From: Craspedostauros australis
Lineage: Eukaryota
Direction of reading: 5' to 3'
Assembly: GCA_030167865.1 (NCBI GenBank)
Contig: JALAGF010001522.1
Location: forward strand, 1 to 37,586
DNA: 37,586 nucleotides
Below are positions 1-9,840 of the stretch, one piece after another. A program made the position numbers and the translations under genes. The number at the start of each line of letters is the position of its first letter. Within the stretch, counting starts at the first letter, position 1. The notes below the pieces were generated by a model. The model was not told the DNA's origin, did not search any database, and worked only from the letters and a program-made list of their open reading frames with translations.

Positions 1-2556
1 GCGTTTATCGCCAACCTTCGTTGCCTTGAGGTATCGGCCGCTGCCGATCTTGATGGAGTGGTTGGCCACTCGCACGTTAATCATACCCTCTTCGCTATTG
101 GTGAGGTGGCATGAGGCACCGGAATCACCCAGCCAGGTGTTTGCTTCGTGATGGTCGGGGGCGATGGTGTGGCGGAGTGCGCTTGCATCGTCGAGGTCAC
201 CAATCACCATGGCCATGTCTGGTTGTGCATCGGCCGCTCGGTAGATGGGGAGCTGATTGAACTCCTCAGGATCTCGGACTCCTTGGTCACTTGGATGGTG
301 CATCCACATCAGCATCTCTGCGGCGTGCTGAACCAGGCTGTCGATGAGCCCTCTGTGGATGGGTGGCAGGTTGAGCTCCTCAAGTCTTGCGTTAATGTGT
401 TGCACGGCTTGCACCATTTGCAGTGGCGTGAACACGTCGATGCGGTGCATCATGTAGTAGAGTGTGCGAGGATTCAGGCTTTCTCCTCCTCCTTCAGTGT
501 ACGCATGCGCTGCGTCGCAGCACAGTAGGGCGAGCTCAGAGCGCACTTCATCAGCAACCATCATGTTGCTGAGAGAGTATCTCATTGCGACATGCAAAGG
601 TCCTGCGGTCCAGAGCTTCTGGCGGCGCGTCATGATGTCTTGGATCGTTGTTGGCACCGCCCTGGCAGGGGGGTTTGCCAGTTGGATGAGGAACGGCGAG
701 TTACAGCAAGTCTTGCACATGGCGTAGAGAGGGCCGCGCTGAAAACACAGCGGGCACCATCCTGCGGTGCTCCCTCCATTGCGGGACGACTCTTCGATCA
801 TTCGATCGACCAGAGTCCGTGGTTCCGTTCGAGAGTAGATGGTGGAGGTGACGCGATGGTCGACTCCAGGCATCGCTACTTCATTCTCCATGATGTCTCC
901 GACGCTGAGGGGTTCATCCTCGTAGACGATCCCTTCGAAGAGATTGTCTTCGTCGGTGTAATCGTCTTCATCGCTTGATGGGAATTGCTCGCAGTTGATG
1001 GTCTCAACTGCATCAGCTGGGGGCCCGTAGTATCCGTACACATTTGGGGTGTGGGCCTCTCGTTCTTCTTCAGAGTATTCGTCCTCTTCTTCGAGGTCGA
1101 GTCCGGTCATGCCTTCGTCGGTGGTCGCAAGGGCCATGTCGTTGATGAACGACTCGTAGTGCGCCATGTTGGTGGTGTTGATTGTTTGGTTTTTCTTGAT
1201 GTTCGTGATTTCGTTGATTGTCACGATTCTTGGGTTGGTCACATTTTTGGCCTCAACGGGGTCGTGTTCGAGTTCGTCGGTGGGGAAACACATCAATTCT
1301 TCGTTGTCGACCGACTTGTCTTCGTCGGGTAACCACATTGATTCATCGGTCATCACGAGACCGACTTCGTCCGCTCCGTCGTTGGCGGGCATCCACATGG
1401 GTTCCTCTACCACGACGAATGCAGCGTTGTCTGCCGCGGCGTCTTCGGGTAGCCACATCGGTTCATCGACCATCACGAGGGCGACGTCGTCTGTTCCGTC
1501 CATGCCGTCGGTGGCCACGTTAGCTGCGTCGGCTGCTCTCATCGCTGCCTTCAACTTGAAGCACTCGAGGATCTTGTGCCCCTTCTTACCGCAGTACTTG
1601 CAGTTTCCGTTGAACTTAGTCTTGTCCTCAGTATCACTTCTCTTGTTCTTCTTCGTGGGCTTGCCACCTTTGTTCTTAGGCGCAGAGCGGCAGTCTGCCT
1701 TCTTGTGCCCGTAGGCACCGCAGTTGCGGCAGTGGCCCTTGAAGCCACCAGTGGCGGCGAGTGCCATTTCTTCCTTGCTATTGCTCTCGCGCTTACTACC
1801 TCCTTGCTTGATGTGACGTGCGTCGTAGGTTGCACTCACTGCTTCGCGGATGTCTTCGATAGTCATCTGNNNNNNNNNNNNNNNNNNNNNNNNNNNNNNN
1901 NNNNNNNNNNNNNNNNNNNNNNNNNNNNNNNNNNNNNNNNNNNNNNNNNNNNNNNNNNNNNNNNNNNNNNNNNNNNNNNNNNNNNNNNNNNNNNNNNNNN
2001 NNNNNNNNNNNNNNNNNNNNNNNNNNNNNNNNNNNNNNNNNNNNTTCTTCAATCGCATCCCGTTGAGTTGAGCCAACAACTTTGCCTTCATTGGCGCAGT
2101 GCGTTGCTCGTAGATGCGCTCGAGAGCCTTCCACGCCTTGCGAGGGTCTCCTCCCTCGTAGGCATCGCTCTCGCATCCCAACACAGCCATGAAGGCGACA
2201 TCGCCTTCGTCAGTTTCATGGTTGATTGCCATGGTCAGTTCCTCAAACGCGTACTTGGCCAGAGCCTTCTTGTACTCCGCCTTCTCCTCAGGAGACATGG
2301 CAGATAACTTCGAGGCCTTAAGCTTCTTTTCTTCGCTACCCACGATGGAGGCGAGAGGAGAGGGGTCAAAAGCCTCGGTCTTCACAATCACTTCACCCAA
2401 GTCCTTGAGATACAAGTCTCCGTAGCCCTTGCGGTTGGCGCGGGCGAGGAACTTCGCACTCCAAGCTTTCCAGCTGGATCGCTTGCCGTCAAACATGATC
2501 ATGTAACGATCGGTCTTACCGAGGAAGGACGTCATGGTGATGATGGTGAGAGTCAT
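1..2556 (-). CDS. Copia Gag-Pol polyprotein (partial, 3' end outside window; spans a 175-N gap at 1870-2044)
   Basis: Manual translation gives one frame from ATG 2556 (or 2535) to base 1, with the same frame on both sides of the N gap. Knuckles are CRNCGAYGHKKADC (1731-1690) and CKYCGKKGHKILEC (1602-1561). The protease reads WLGDSGASCHLTNSEEGMINV...IKIGSGRYLKATKVGD (135-1). Confidence 0.9.
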   Translation of the reverse strand, partial: MTLTIITMTSFLGKTDRYMIMFDGKRSSWKAWSAKFLARANRKGYGDLYLKDLGEVIVKTEAFDPSPLASIVGSEEKKLKASKLSAMSPEEKAEYKKALAKYAFEELTMAINHETDEGDVAFMAVLGCESDAYEGGDPRKAWKALERIYEQRTAPMKAKLLAQLNGMRLKXXXXXXXXXXXXXXXXXXXXXXXXXXXXXXXXXXXXXXXXXXXXXXXXXXXXXXXXXXXQMTIEDIREAVSATYDARHIKQGGSKRESNSKEEMALAATGGFKGHCRNCGAYGHKKADCRSAPKNKGGKPTKKNKRSDTEDKTKFNGNCKYCGKKGHKILECFKLKAAMRAADAANVATDGMDGTDDVALVMVDEPMWLPEDAAADNAAFVVVEEPMWMPANDGADEVGLVMTDESMWLPDEDKSVDNEELMCFPTDELEHDPVEAKNVTNPRIVTINEITNIKKNQTINTTNMAHYESFINDMALATTDEGMTGLDLEEEDEYSEEEREAHTPNVYGYYGPPADAVETINCEQFPSSDEDDYTDEDNLFEGIVYEDEPLSVGDIMENEVAMPGVDHRVTSTIYSRTEPRTLVDRMIEESSRNGGSTAGWCPLCFQRGPLYAMCKTCCNSPFLIQLANPPARAVPTTIQDIMTRRQKLWTAGPLHVAMRYSLSNMMVADEVRSELALLCCDAAHAYTEGGGESLNPRTLYYMMHRIDVFTPLQMVQAVQHINARLEELNLPPIHRGLIDSLVQHAAEMLMWMHHPSDQGVRDPEEFNQLPIYRAADAQPDMAMVIGDLDDASALRHTIAPDHHEANTWLGDSGASCHLTNSEEGMINVRVANHSIKIGSGRYLKATKVGDKR
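1321..1500 (-). repeat. Three 60-nt in-frame tandem repeats within Gag-Pol (20-aa unit)
   Basis: Units DGTDDVALVMVDEPMWLPED / AAADNAAFVVVEEPMWMPAN / DGADEVGLVMTDESMWLPDE; the 60-nt periodicity is visible at 1321, 1381 and 1441. Confidence 0.85.
1870..2044. other. Assembly gap (175 N)
   Basis: Run of N inside the gag region. Confidence 1.
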
Positions 2557-2614
2557 TTGTTGCTGTGCTGGTGATGATGGAAACGTAGGATTTCAATCGT
2601 AACGTTTCGAAAGG

Positions 2615-3270
2615 TGTTGGAAATCCGGGGTTAATGTTAGTAAGAACTAATTGGTTGTTAGATCGTACTGTTTTAGAACTGTGAGTTCATTCTCTTCGGC
2701 TCCTTTGCTTTTCATTTCACATATAGCATCTCCTGCAGCAGCATCACGTTGTACTGTTGCCTTCATGCATCTCATCATCATGAATCATTGTTTGCATACA
2801 TGAGATCACATCCGCAGGCATCCTTGTCATGCATATCGTCGTGCATATCCGTAGGCATTCTTGCCATGCACCTCGTCGTGCATATCCTTATTCTACATTC
2901 CCTGCGGTACGATTCCACAGTCTTGCGTTTCTCTCTTGATCTCCTGACACCGAACTTTACGATTGGTGTCATGATTGATGTCATGGTTGATGCTCTTTCT
3001 GAGTTGTTCTAGTCCGTGGGTGACACGTGCCATGATCTCCAGATGGGGTGATCATCAATGTGTCGGTCATCATCTTCCTTCACATGATTTAGATGTCGTG
3101 GCCTTTTCTTGATTCATTGAGGACAGGCTGATTTGCTTGGTAAGACTGAGGTCATACACGTGTGATTCGTGTCGTGTTTGGAATGGATAATACTCAATGG
3201 TGTGACGAATAATATCCAAAGGTGTGACGAACAATGTTGGGAGTTGCGGCAATCATGGGTATCTTCGACA
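2615..3270 (-). repeat. Candidate 5' LTR of the copia element (~656 bp)
   Basis: TG...CA ends with imperfect inverted termini (TGTTGGAAATCC at 2615; TGTCGAAGATACC reading inward from 3270). AT-rich U5-like end 58 nt from the gag ATG, TATA-like CTATATG near 2720-2726 on the minus strand, and internal tandem repeats typical of U3. No second LTR is in the window to confirm. Confidence 0.5.
2810..2887. repeat. Two-copy 37-nt tandem repeat in the putative U3 region
   Basis: atccgcaggcatccttgtcatgcatatcgtcgtgcat (2810-2846) vs atccgtaggcattcttgccatgcacctcgtcgtgcat (2847-2883). Confidence 0.8.
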
Positions 3271-4264
3271 GAGTCGTACCCTCGATTCCTGACATGTTCG
3301 TGGTGAGGAATTTGCTGACAAATTTAGCTCAAGTGCCACATTCGTCACCGCTTTTTGGTTCGCATTGGCAACACAGCTTCGCTTCCGCTGAGTTCCACTG
3401 CAACGAAGCCTGCATGGAGGAAGAGGTTCCATCAAAACAATGCAACAGGAAAGAAGCACGACAAAGCGCAACAGGCAAAGTGCGCAGGAGCGACGGAATT
3501 GTCCAAGACACCAAGGCTGGGCAATAACAAAAACCAAGACCACAATGCACGGAATGTTCAGGTGAAGGAGGGCACATGTCTCAATGTGTCCTGTCAGTCA
3601 CAAACCAACCTGTCACGCGGAGAGAGATATTTTGGCCAGTTGGTGTGTCCTTCCAAAGCTCTCGCAGCGCGCCATCTTGTAGCAATGCTCCGCTGGTCCG
3701 ACTTATTCACGAGAGCAGTTGGTATTCCGTGTCTTTTGCACGTTGTCAGGAGGATGGTCTGTCCTTCAACCGGCTTTTGACGCCGTTTGATGTTGAGAAC
3801 AAAGCTGTATCAGACGATGATGTGACTGTGGTAGACTTGGAAGTAAGCTGTAAAGATTGTTTCTAATTGCTTGTTTTATGTGTTAAGCTTGTATTGAGCA
3901 GACTATCGAGTGAGAAGGTAGGGGTTCATGCTGTCGTGCTTCAGCCGTTCTTGTTGTACAGCAACATGTCGTGGTTGTTCTGCACCCACAGCCGTCCAGA
4001 GGTACCATCAGTGGCGCAATGCCTGATCCATTGGCATGGATATGCTTCAAGATGTGTGCAGGTGTTGCAAGATGGTTAGCTGGACAGGTGGCATGAGTGC
4101 ATGAGCTGGAGGGTGAGCAGAGTGTGGATCGTGGTTCAACTACACACCAAGCGCGCGGTAGACTTTCATCACAGTATCGGTTTCGGATACCGAGTACTGT
4201 GTACGCAACATGAATATGTGAGTCCCAGTTCAGTCCTGTATCAAGTCTGTCCCAACTCCCGACA
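3235..4264. mobile_element. Possible LTR-like segment bounded by TG...CA inverted termini (alternative LTR or separate solo LTR)
   Basis: TGTTGGGAGTTG at 3235 and CAACTCCCGACA ending at 4264 match 11/12 as inverted repeats. No convincing coding content and no matching target-site duplication (aacaa vs tgcat). Confidence 0.3.
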
Positions 4265-4874
4265 TGCATTGCAGCAAGTACGACATCGCAACGACTCGCC
4301 ATGGAATACACATCGATCTTGGCCGCCAAATGGCAGGGATGGGTGGCACTGCGCGCTGCCACGACATAAAGAACAACACCAACGACAATAAAAGCCAATC
4401 CAGCCTTCGGTGCGAGGCGCGCGAAACTCCACCCATGGATGAGAGGGGTTTTGTCGGTACTCGCGAACTGTTCAACAACAACAACAGTGACAGGAAGACG
4501 TCCGCACAAGTAAGTACCATTGGGAGACTTTACGAATTTTCTTCAACAGGCAAGAATCACTTCGCTTGTTTTCGCGTGCGAGGCTGTTCGCGCGTCCGGT
4601 TCCGGCAATTTGGCCGTTGCTTCGTGTACTCATCAAGTCTGGCGACAGGACAGGACAGCACTCTCACGTGACCGAAGCAAGGAAACCAGCCACCAGAAAA
4701 AGACGCGCGCATCGAATCTATCGCCCAGGAGGCAACTCAACCAAACTAAACTCAACCCGATTGCATCGCATTTCATCTCGTCACACTACATTCGAACACT
4801 CCTCTTGGACAGCTGCATACCACGATCACATAACCTCACACAACCTCACATAACCACCAAATCCAAGCAACATC

Positions 4875-5792
4875 ATGGCGACAGTTCGACAAAGAGCAAA
4901 GAAGGACAGGCAGAAGTGGGCAGTGCTCCTGCCGACGATCCTGCTGACCGCCATGTTCGTCGTTCAACTGCAATCCACCGACTTCGCACGCAACATGTCC
5001 GTAAGCAACAAGAACACTTCCATCAACCCCTCCGGCCAACCGATTCTGCGTTCGGCTGCAGTCGCCAAGACCCCGCGTCTCAAGACGCAAGCGACCCCTT
5101 GTCAACGACAGCCGGCACCAGGACTCCACTTGTCGCAGTCGGGAGAAGACAAGATCCTAATGAAGTGGTTCAAAAACCTCTGCGGTGGCACCTACATCGA
5201 AATGGGCGCCCTCGACGGTATTCTTTTCAGCAACTCCCACGTCTTCAACAAAGGATTGGACTGGAAGGGCGTTCTGGTCGAGGCCGACCCCATCAGCTAC
5301 GAGAAAGTGCTGGTGAACCGCCCCAACGAGCTCGCCAGGATCCACGCAGGTGTGTGCTTGGAAGAGCAGGACCTGCATTGGGTGCAGGTCAGAGACACTC
5401 CTGCTGTGTCTGGATTCTTGGAATTCGCCTCGGAACAATTCAAGGCCACATGGTGGAATAAGCAGCTCATCGACAACGCCCTTGTCGTGAAATGCCGTCG
5501 GTTGGACAAGATCCTGCAGGAGGCTGTGGGCGATTCGTTTCACTTCGACTTCTTCTCCCTGGATGTCGAGGGTGCCGAGCTGCTGGCGGTGGAGTCGCTC
5601 AATTTCGACCAGTACCAATTCGGCATGATTCTCGTCGAGGCGGACGGATCGAACCAGCTCAAAGATCAGTCGATCAAGTCCATCCTGGGACGCGCTGGGT
5701 ACGACTTCGTGGGGACGATCGAACGATCGAACTGGTTCATCAACAAGGACTTCGATCTGATCTACAGAGATGTTGTGTACGGCACCAAGTAG
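4875..5792 (+). CDS. FkbM-family (Methyltransf_21) SAM-dependent methyltransferase, type II membrane-anchored, copy 1
   Basis: Basic N-terminus plus one TM segment (WAVLLPTILLTAMFVV); motifs YIEMGALDG..SNS, WKGVLVEADP and FDFFSLDVEGAEL; intronless, 305 aa. Confidence 0.9.
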   Translation: MATVRQRAKKDRQKWAVLLPTILLTAMFVVQLQSTDFARNMSVSNKNTSINPSGQPILRSAAVAKTPRLKTQATPCQRQPAPGLHLSQSGEDKILMKWFKNLCGGTYIEMGALDGILFSNSHVFNKGLDWKGVLVEADPISYEKVLVNRPNELARIHAGVCLEEQDLHWVQVRDTPAVSGFLEFASEQFKATWWNKQLIDNALVVKCRRLDKILQEAVGDSFHFDFFSLDVEGAELLAVESLNFDQYQFGMILVEADGSNQLKDQSIKSILGRAGYDFVGTIERSNWFINKDFDLIYRDVVYGTK

Positions 5793-7440
5793 GAAGGAAA
5801 GAGGAAGGAGGGATCGGCAGTAACCATTATATTATACCATACACAATATTAGATGGTATAATACGAGTAATGGTCGCAAGCTCGTCGATGCACGCTCCAG
5901 AGCGCTGTGCGCATCGGATCGGATGAGTTCATGTCTGTGTTGCTGGAGAAAACGCGGCGCCTGTGCCAGAAATTCCTGCTGGTATTTTGGAGACTGGCTC
6001 TAGCCGTCTGGCCGACGACGGAAAAGGGATCCAACAAGTCCAGGCGGTCCATGCAATCACGACTAGCGAAGGCATAGACAGAGTCTATGCAAAAGGCGAT
6101 GGCAGTGACGCAGGACCGCATGACGCCCAATTGCTGAAGCTATACTGCGAAAGTCGGACTTTGTCGAGGCAACGAGAGACAAGCAGAATCAGCAGAGGCA
6201 CAGGCTGGCAAAACTGCTTGACTATAGAGTGTATGCACGTTAAGCTGCGATGCAAAGAGACAGGTGAAAGAAAGCCAGCAGAATGAGCTCAGAATTTCAC
6301 TGTGGTCGACCCATCGAGCTCTTGCGGTGGACGACAGCTGATTTTTCTTTACCACCCACCCACCCGGGGACAAGCTGAGACAGGACCCGCTAATTGCAGA
6401 CGCATTGACGGTGTCCTGGAGCAATGGACTTCGAGCATTCCTGGAAGTCGAACAGAGTGTGGGGGACGAGCTCTGACCTCACTCGTGGCGATACGCCCTT
6501 GTGCTGGAGAGAGTTAGCACCCCACTCAAAACTCTGCGCGATCCGGAATTGGCGAAAGATATTCGCGAAAGTTCGTGCACTATCGAATAGGTGCATGGCC
6601 CTTGAGGTGGGCAGGTCTACCGACCCACCCCCCGGTTGTAACGCCCAGAGTCCTCACTCTGGGCATTAGACTTGATATACCATTCCCGCTGACCCCTTTC
6701 TACTCCTGTCTACTGACACATCACAGAACCACGCAAAACTGTAGCAAGCACGTCGCTGCCATGTCATAATGAGACACGATGGAACCAAAGAGCGTTCGCG
6801 GCCCCCATCGTCTGGGGACAGCATCCAAGATCTGTGTCAACGGGTATCTTCGGCGAGCGAAGCGCCCAACAAGAAACAGTCGCGACTGCTGTTGTTGTGA
6901 CTTCTTTTCGCGCCGCGAAAACCACGCTCAAGGCGACCGGTCGCCTGGGACAAAATCAACGAACACTGTTGTCCCAATACGACTGATACTAATAATATCG
7001 CCGAGCAGAGCATCAGGTATCCACGACGTTCGTGCACCGATTGGATGAGTCATTCTCAGGTTGAGAATCGTCACAAACCAAAAGTGACGAACAAAGTTGG
7101 CTACGACGCCACGAGAATTGTTTGGACAAAGCAACCGGCGACATCTGCGAAAACTCAACTCCGCGGCGTTTTGTGGTGTTTGTGACCAAGATGCATCCGT
7201 TGAGAAGAGACACAACAATTACACACACATACCAGCAAATCCACCAAAGGCAACTCGATTCAATTCAACTCGGTTTCATCTCATCACGCACCCATTCCGC
7301 TGCATCCGTTCATACTCGTGCAATAGTTCGCAGCCCAGAGGTGGAGATAGAGGATAGCTTGACACTACACAACGCATCGCACATACTCGTGTATCTGACA
7401 ATAGACAACAATAGACAGCCGCCACATCCCCAAACACAAC

Positions 7441-8361
7441 ATGGCACGCGGAAAGAAGTCAACGAAGAAACCTGCGAAACCAGAACAGAACTGGGTTGTG
7501 CTCCTGGCGACCATTCTGTTAACTGCGTTGATCGTCGTCCAATTCCAATCCCTGCACTTCACACACGGCATCACCGAAGCCAGGTTGGCGACAACAGTGA
7601 ACTCCCCCTCTGTTCAGGTCACAGCAGAAACAGGCGCAGTTGCGAAGCCGCCGCCTCTCAAGACGCAAGCGACGGCATGCCAACGAACGATTGCGCCAGA
7701 ACTCTACAAGTCTCAGTCGGAAGAAGACACGATCCTCCTGAAATGGCTCAACAACCTCTGCAACGGTACCTACATCGAAATGGGCGGTCTGGACGGTGTC
7801 AGGTACAGCAATTCCCACGTCTTCAACAAAGCACTGGATTGGAAGGGCGTGCTCATCGAGGCGGATCCTCGCAACTACGAAAACTTGGTGAAGAATCGTC
7901 CCAATGAAATCGCCAACGTTCATGCAGGTGTATGCTTGGAAGACCGCGACCTGCACTGGGTCCACGTCCCCCACGACGCTGCTGTGTGTGGCTTCTTGGA
8001 ATTCGCTGCCGAAGACTTCAAGAAAAAACATTGGCGGCCATTTATGATCAAAAGAGCGAAAGTCGTGAAGTGTCGCCGGTTTGAGAACATCCTGCATGAG
8101 GTTGTGGGCGATTCATTCCACTTCGACTTCTTCTCTCTGGATATTGAGGGTGCCGAGCTGCTGGCGCTGAAGTCGCTCAATTTCGATGAATTCCAATTCG
8201 GCATGATTCTCGTCGAGGCGGACGGGACCAATGAGCGCAAGGATCAGTCCATCAAGGCCATCCTGGACCGTGCTGGGTACGATTTCTTTGGCACAATCAA
8301 TCGATCGAACTGGTTTGTCAACAGGAACTTTGATCTGATCTACGAAGACGTTGTCTACTAG
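7441..8361 (+). CDS. FkbM-family methyltransferase, copy 2
   Basis: Same architecture and motifs (YIEMGGLDG, WKGVLIEADP, FDFFSLDIEGAEL); 306 aa. Confidence 0.9.
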   Translation: MARGKKSTKKPAKPEQNWVVLLATILLTALIVVQFQSLHFTHGITEARLATTVNSPSVQVTAETGAVAKPPPLKTQATACQRTIAPELYKSQSEEDTILLKWLNNLCNGTYIEMGGLDGVRYSNSHVFNKALDWKGVLIEADPRNYENLVKNRPNEIANVHAGVCLEDRDLHWVHVPHDAAVCGFLEFAAEDFKKKHWRPFMIKRAKVVKCRRFENILHEVVGDSFHFDFFSLDIEGAELLALKSLNFDEFQFGMILVEADGTNERKDQSIKAILDRAGYDFFGTINRSNWFVNRNFDLIYEDVVY

Positions 8362-8964
8362 AGAGAGGATGACGAAAGAAGAAGAAGCGGGCAGAAACTG
8401 AAGCAATGAGTGCGATTTGTGTCGTTTCATATTGTACCATGAGTGTGGGACGCTGGAGAAGCAGTCTCTTCATTCCATCCTTGAGCGCTCGCCGCGGCTA
8501 GAGAGTTTCAATGTGGGACGGACGTAAAGATAAGCCGATCATTCAGGGTGCGTGCCAATAGAATAGTACTCTGGTGCGACTTGGGCAGCAGTACGCTTTG
8601 GTTGGTAGCGTCTGTCGTGATTCAATGCCACGAGGGTCGCGCCAGGAAGCAACAATCGCCACGGATGTCTCTGCAGAGCAACAAATTTGCGTCTCGGTCT
8701 TTCGTTCGTGTTAGTCATGAATGACTCGGGCTCACAACGATCTCAACACCTTTTCCGAAATGACCCCAATGACCGTCACAAAAAGGATGGAAGAGACCAC
8801 AATCGCAAGCACAATCGCAATTCACACGCAGAAACAAACAAGAGCCCAATTTCGCCCAACCACTCTCTCAGCACATCTCCAACAGGAACGGCAACCACAT
8901 CCCACAATCACAATCACAACACCAACCACAGTAGTCAACAGACAACCATCAGATCTGACGCAAC

Positions 8965-9840
8965 ATGGCACCCATGCAAGCCTCAAGGATGCAAGGCGCG
9001 AAGTCATCGGTGAACTGGACTGTGCTCCTTCCGATCATTCTGCTCACCGCGATGTTCGTGATGGAACTCCAATCCGTGAAGTTCACACGCAACATGGCCA
9101 CAGCTGACAAGGCAGAAGTCGCGAAGCCACCGCTTCTCAAGACGGCAGCAACCTTATGCCAACGAGAGGTGGCGCCAGAACACTACAAGTCGCAATCCGA
9201 AGAAGACGTGATCCTCCTGAGATGGTTCAAAAACCTCTGCGGCGGTACCTACATCGAGATGGGCGGTCTCAACGGCATCAAGTACAGTAACTCCCACGTC
9301 TTCAACAAAGGTCTGGATTGGAAGGGTGTGCTCGTCGAGGCGGATCCTCGCAACTACAGAGCATTGGTGACGAACCGTCCGAACGAAATCGCGAATATCC
9401 ACGTGGGTGTCTGCTTGGACGAACAGGATCTGCACTACGTCAAGGGACAGCGCAGTCGTGCAGTGTCTGGCTTCTTGGAATTCGCTTCCGAAGACTTCAA
9501 GAAGGAGTATTGGACCCAAGAAATGATCGATAATGCCATCATCGTGAGATGCCGCCGGTTGGATAAGATCCTGCATGAGGCTGTGGGCCATTCGTTCCAC
9601 TTCGACTTCTTCTCTCTGGATATTGAGGGTGCCGAGCTGCTGGCGCTTCAGTCGCTCGATTTCGATGAATTCCAATTCGGCATGATTCTCGTCGAGGCGG
9701 ACGGGACCAATGAGCGCAAGGATGAGTCCATCAAAGCCATCCTTGACCGTGCCGGATACAGATTCATCGACACAATCAATCGATCGAACTGGTTCGTCAA
9801 CAGGAACTTCGATCGCATCTATGAAGATGTTATCTACTGA
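8965..9840 (+). CDS. FkbM-family methyltransferase, copy 3
   Basis: Same motifs (YIEMGGLNG, WKGVLVEADP, FDFFSLDIEGAEL); shorter stem; 291 aa. Confidence 0.9.
   Translation: MAPMQASRMQGAKSSVNWTVLLPIILLTAMFVMELQSVKFTRNMATADKAEVAKPPLLKTAATLCQREVAPEHYKSQSEEDVILLRWFKNLCGGTYIEMGGLNGIKYSNSHVFNKGLDWKGVLVEADPRNYRALVTNRPNEIANIHVGVCLDEQDLHYVKGQRSRAVSGFLEFASEDFKKEYWTQEMIDNAIIVRCRRLDKILHEAVGHSFHFDFFSLDIEGAELLALQSLDFDEFQFGMILVEADGTNERKDESIKAILDRAGYRFIDTINRSNWFVNRNFDRIYEDVIY

Larger units (their letters stand above)
1..3270 (-). mobile_element. Ty1/copia LTR retrotransposon, 5' portion (candidate 5' LTR + gag + protease); continues beyond the left edge
   Basis: Minus-strand polyprotein with copia Gag N-terminus (FDGKRSSWKAWSAKFLARA), two CCHC zinc knuckles and the copia aspartic protease motif WLGDSGASCHLTN. 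The right boundary is tentative and rests on the candidate LTR. Confidence 0.9.

Noticed and set aside
148-2425. Plus-strand ORFs (148-528, 592-978, 985-1332, 1166-1714, 1576-2307, 2189-2425)
   Set aside because: Antisense shadows of the minus-strand Gag-Pol frame, with no recognisable motifs.
5890-6800. Short ORFs between FkbM copies 1 and 2, one with an ankyrin-like RGDTPLCW
   Set aside because: A single short motif with no repeat context and no consistent frame.
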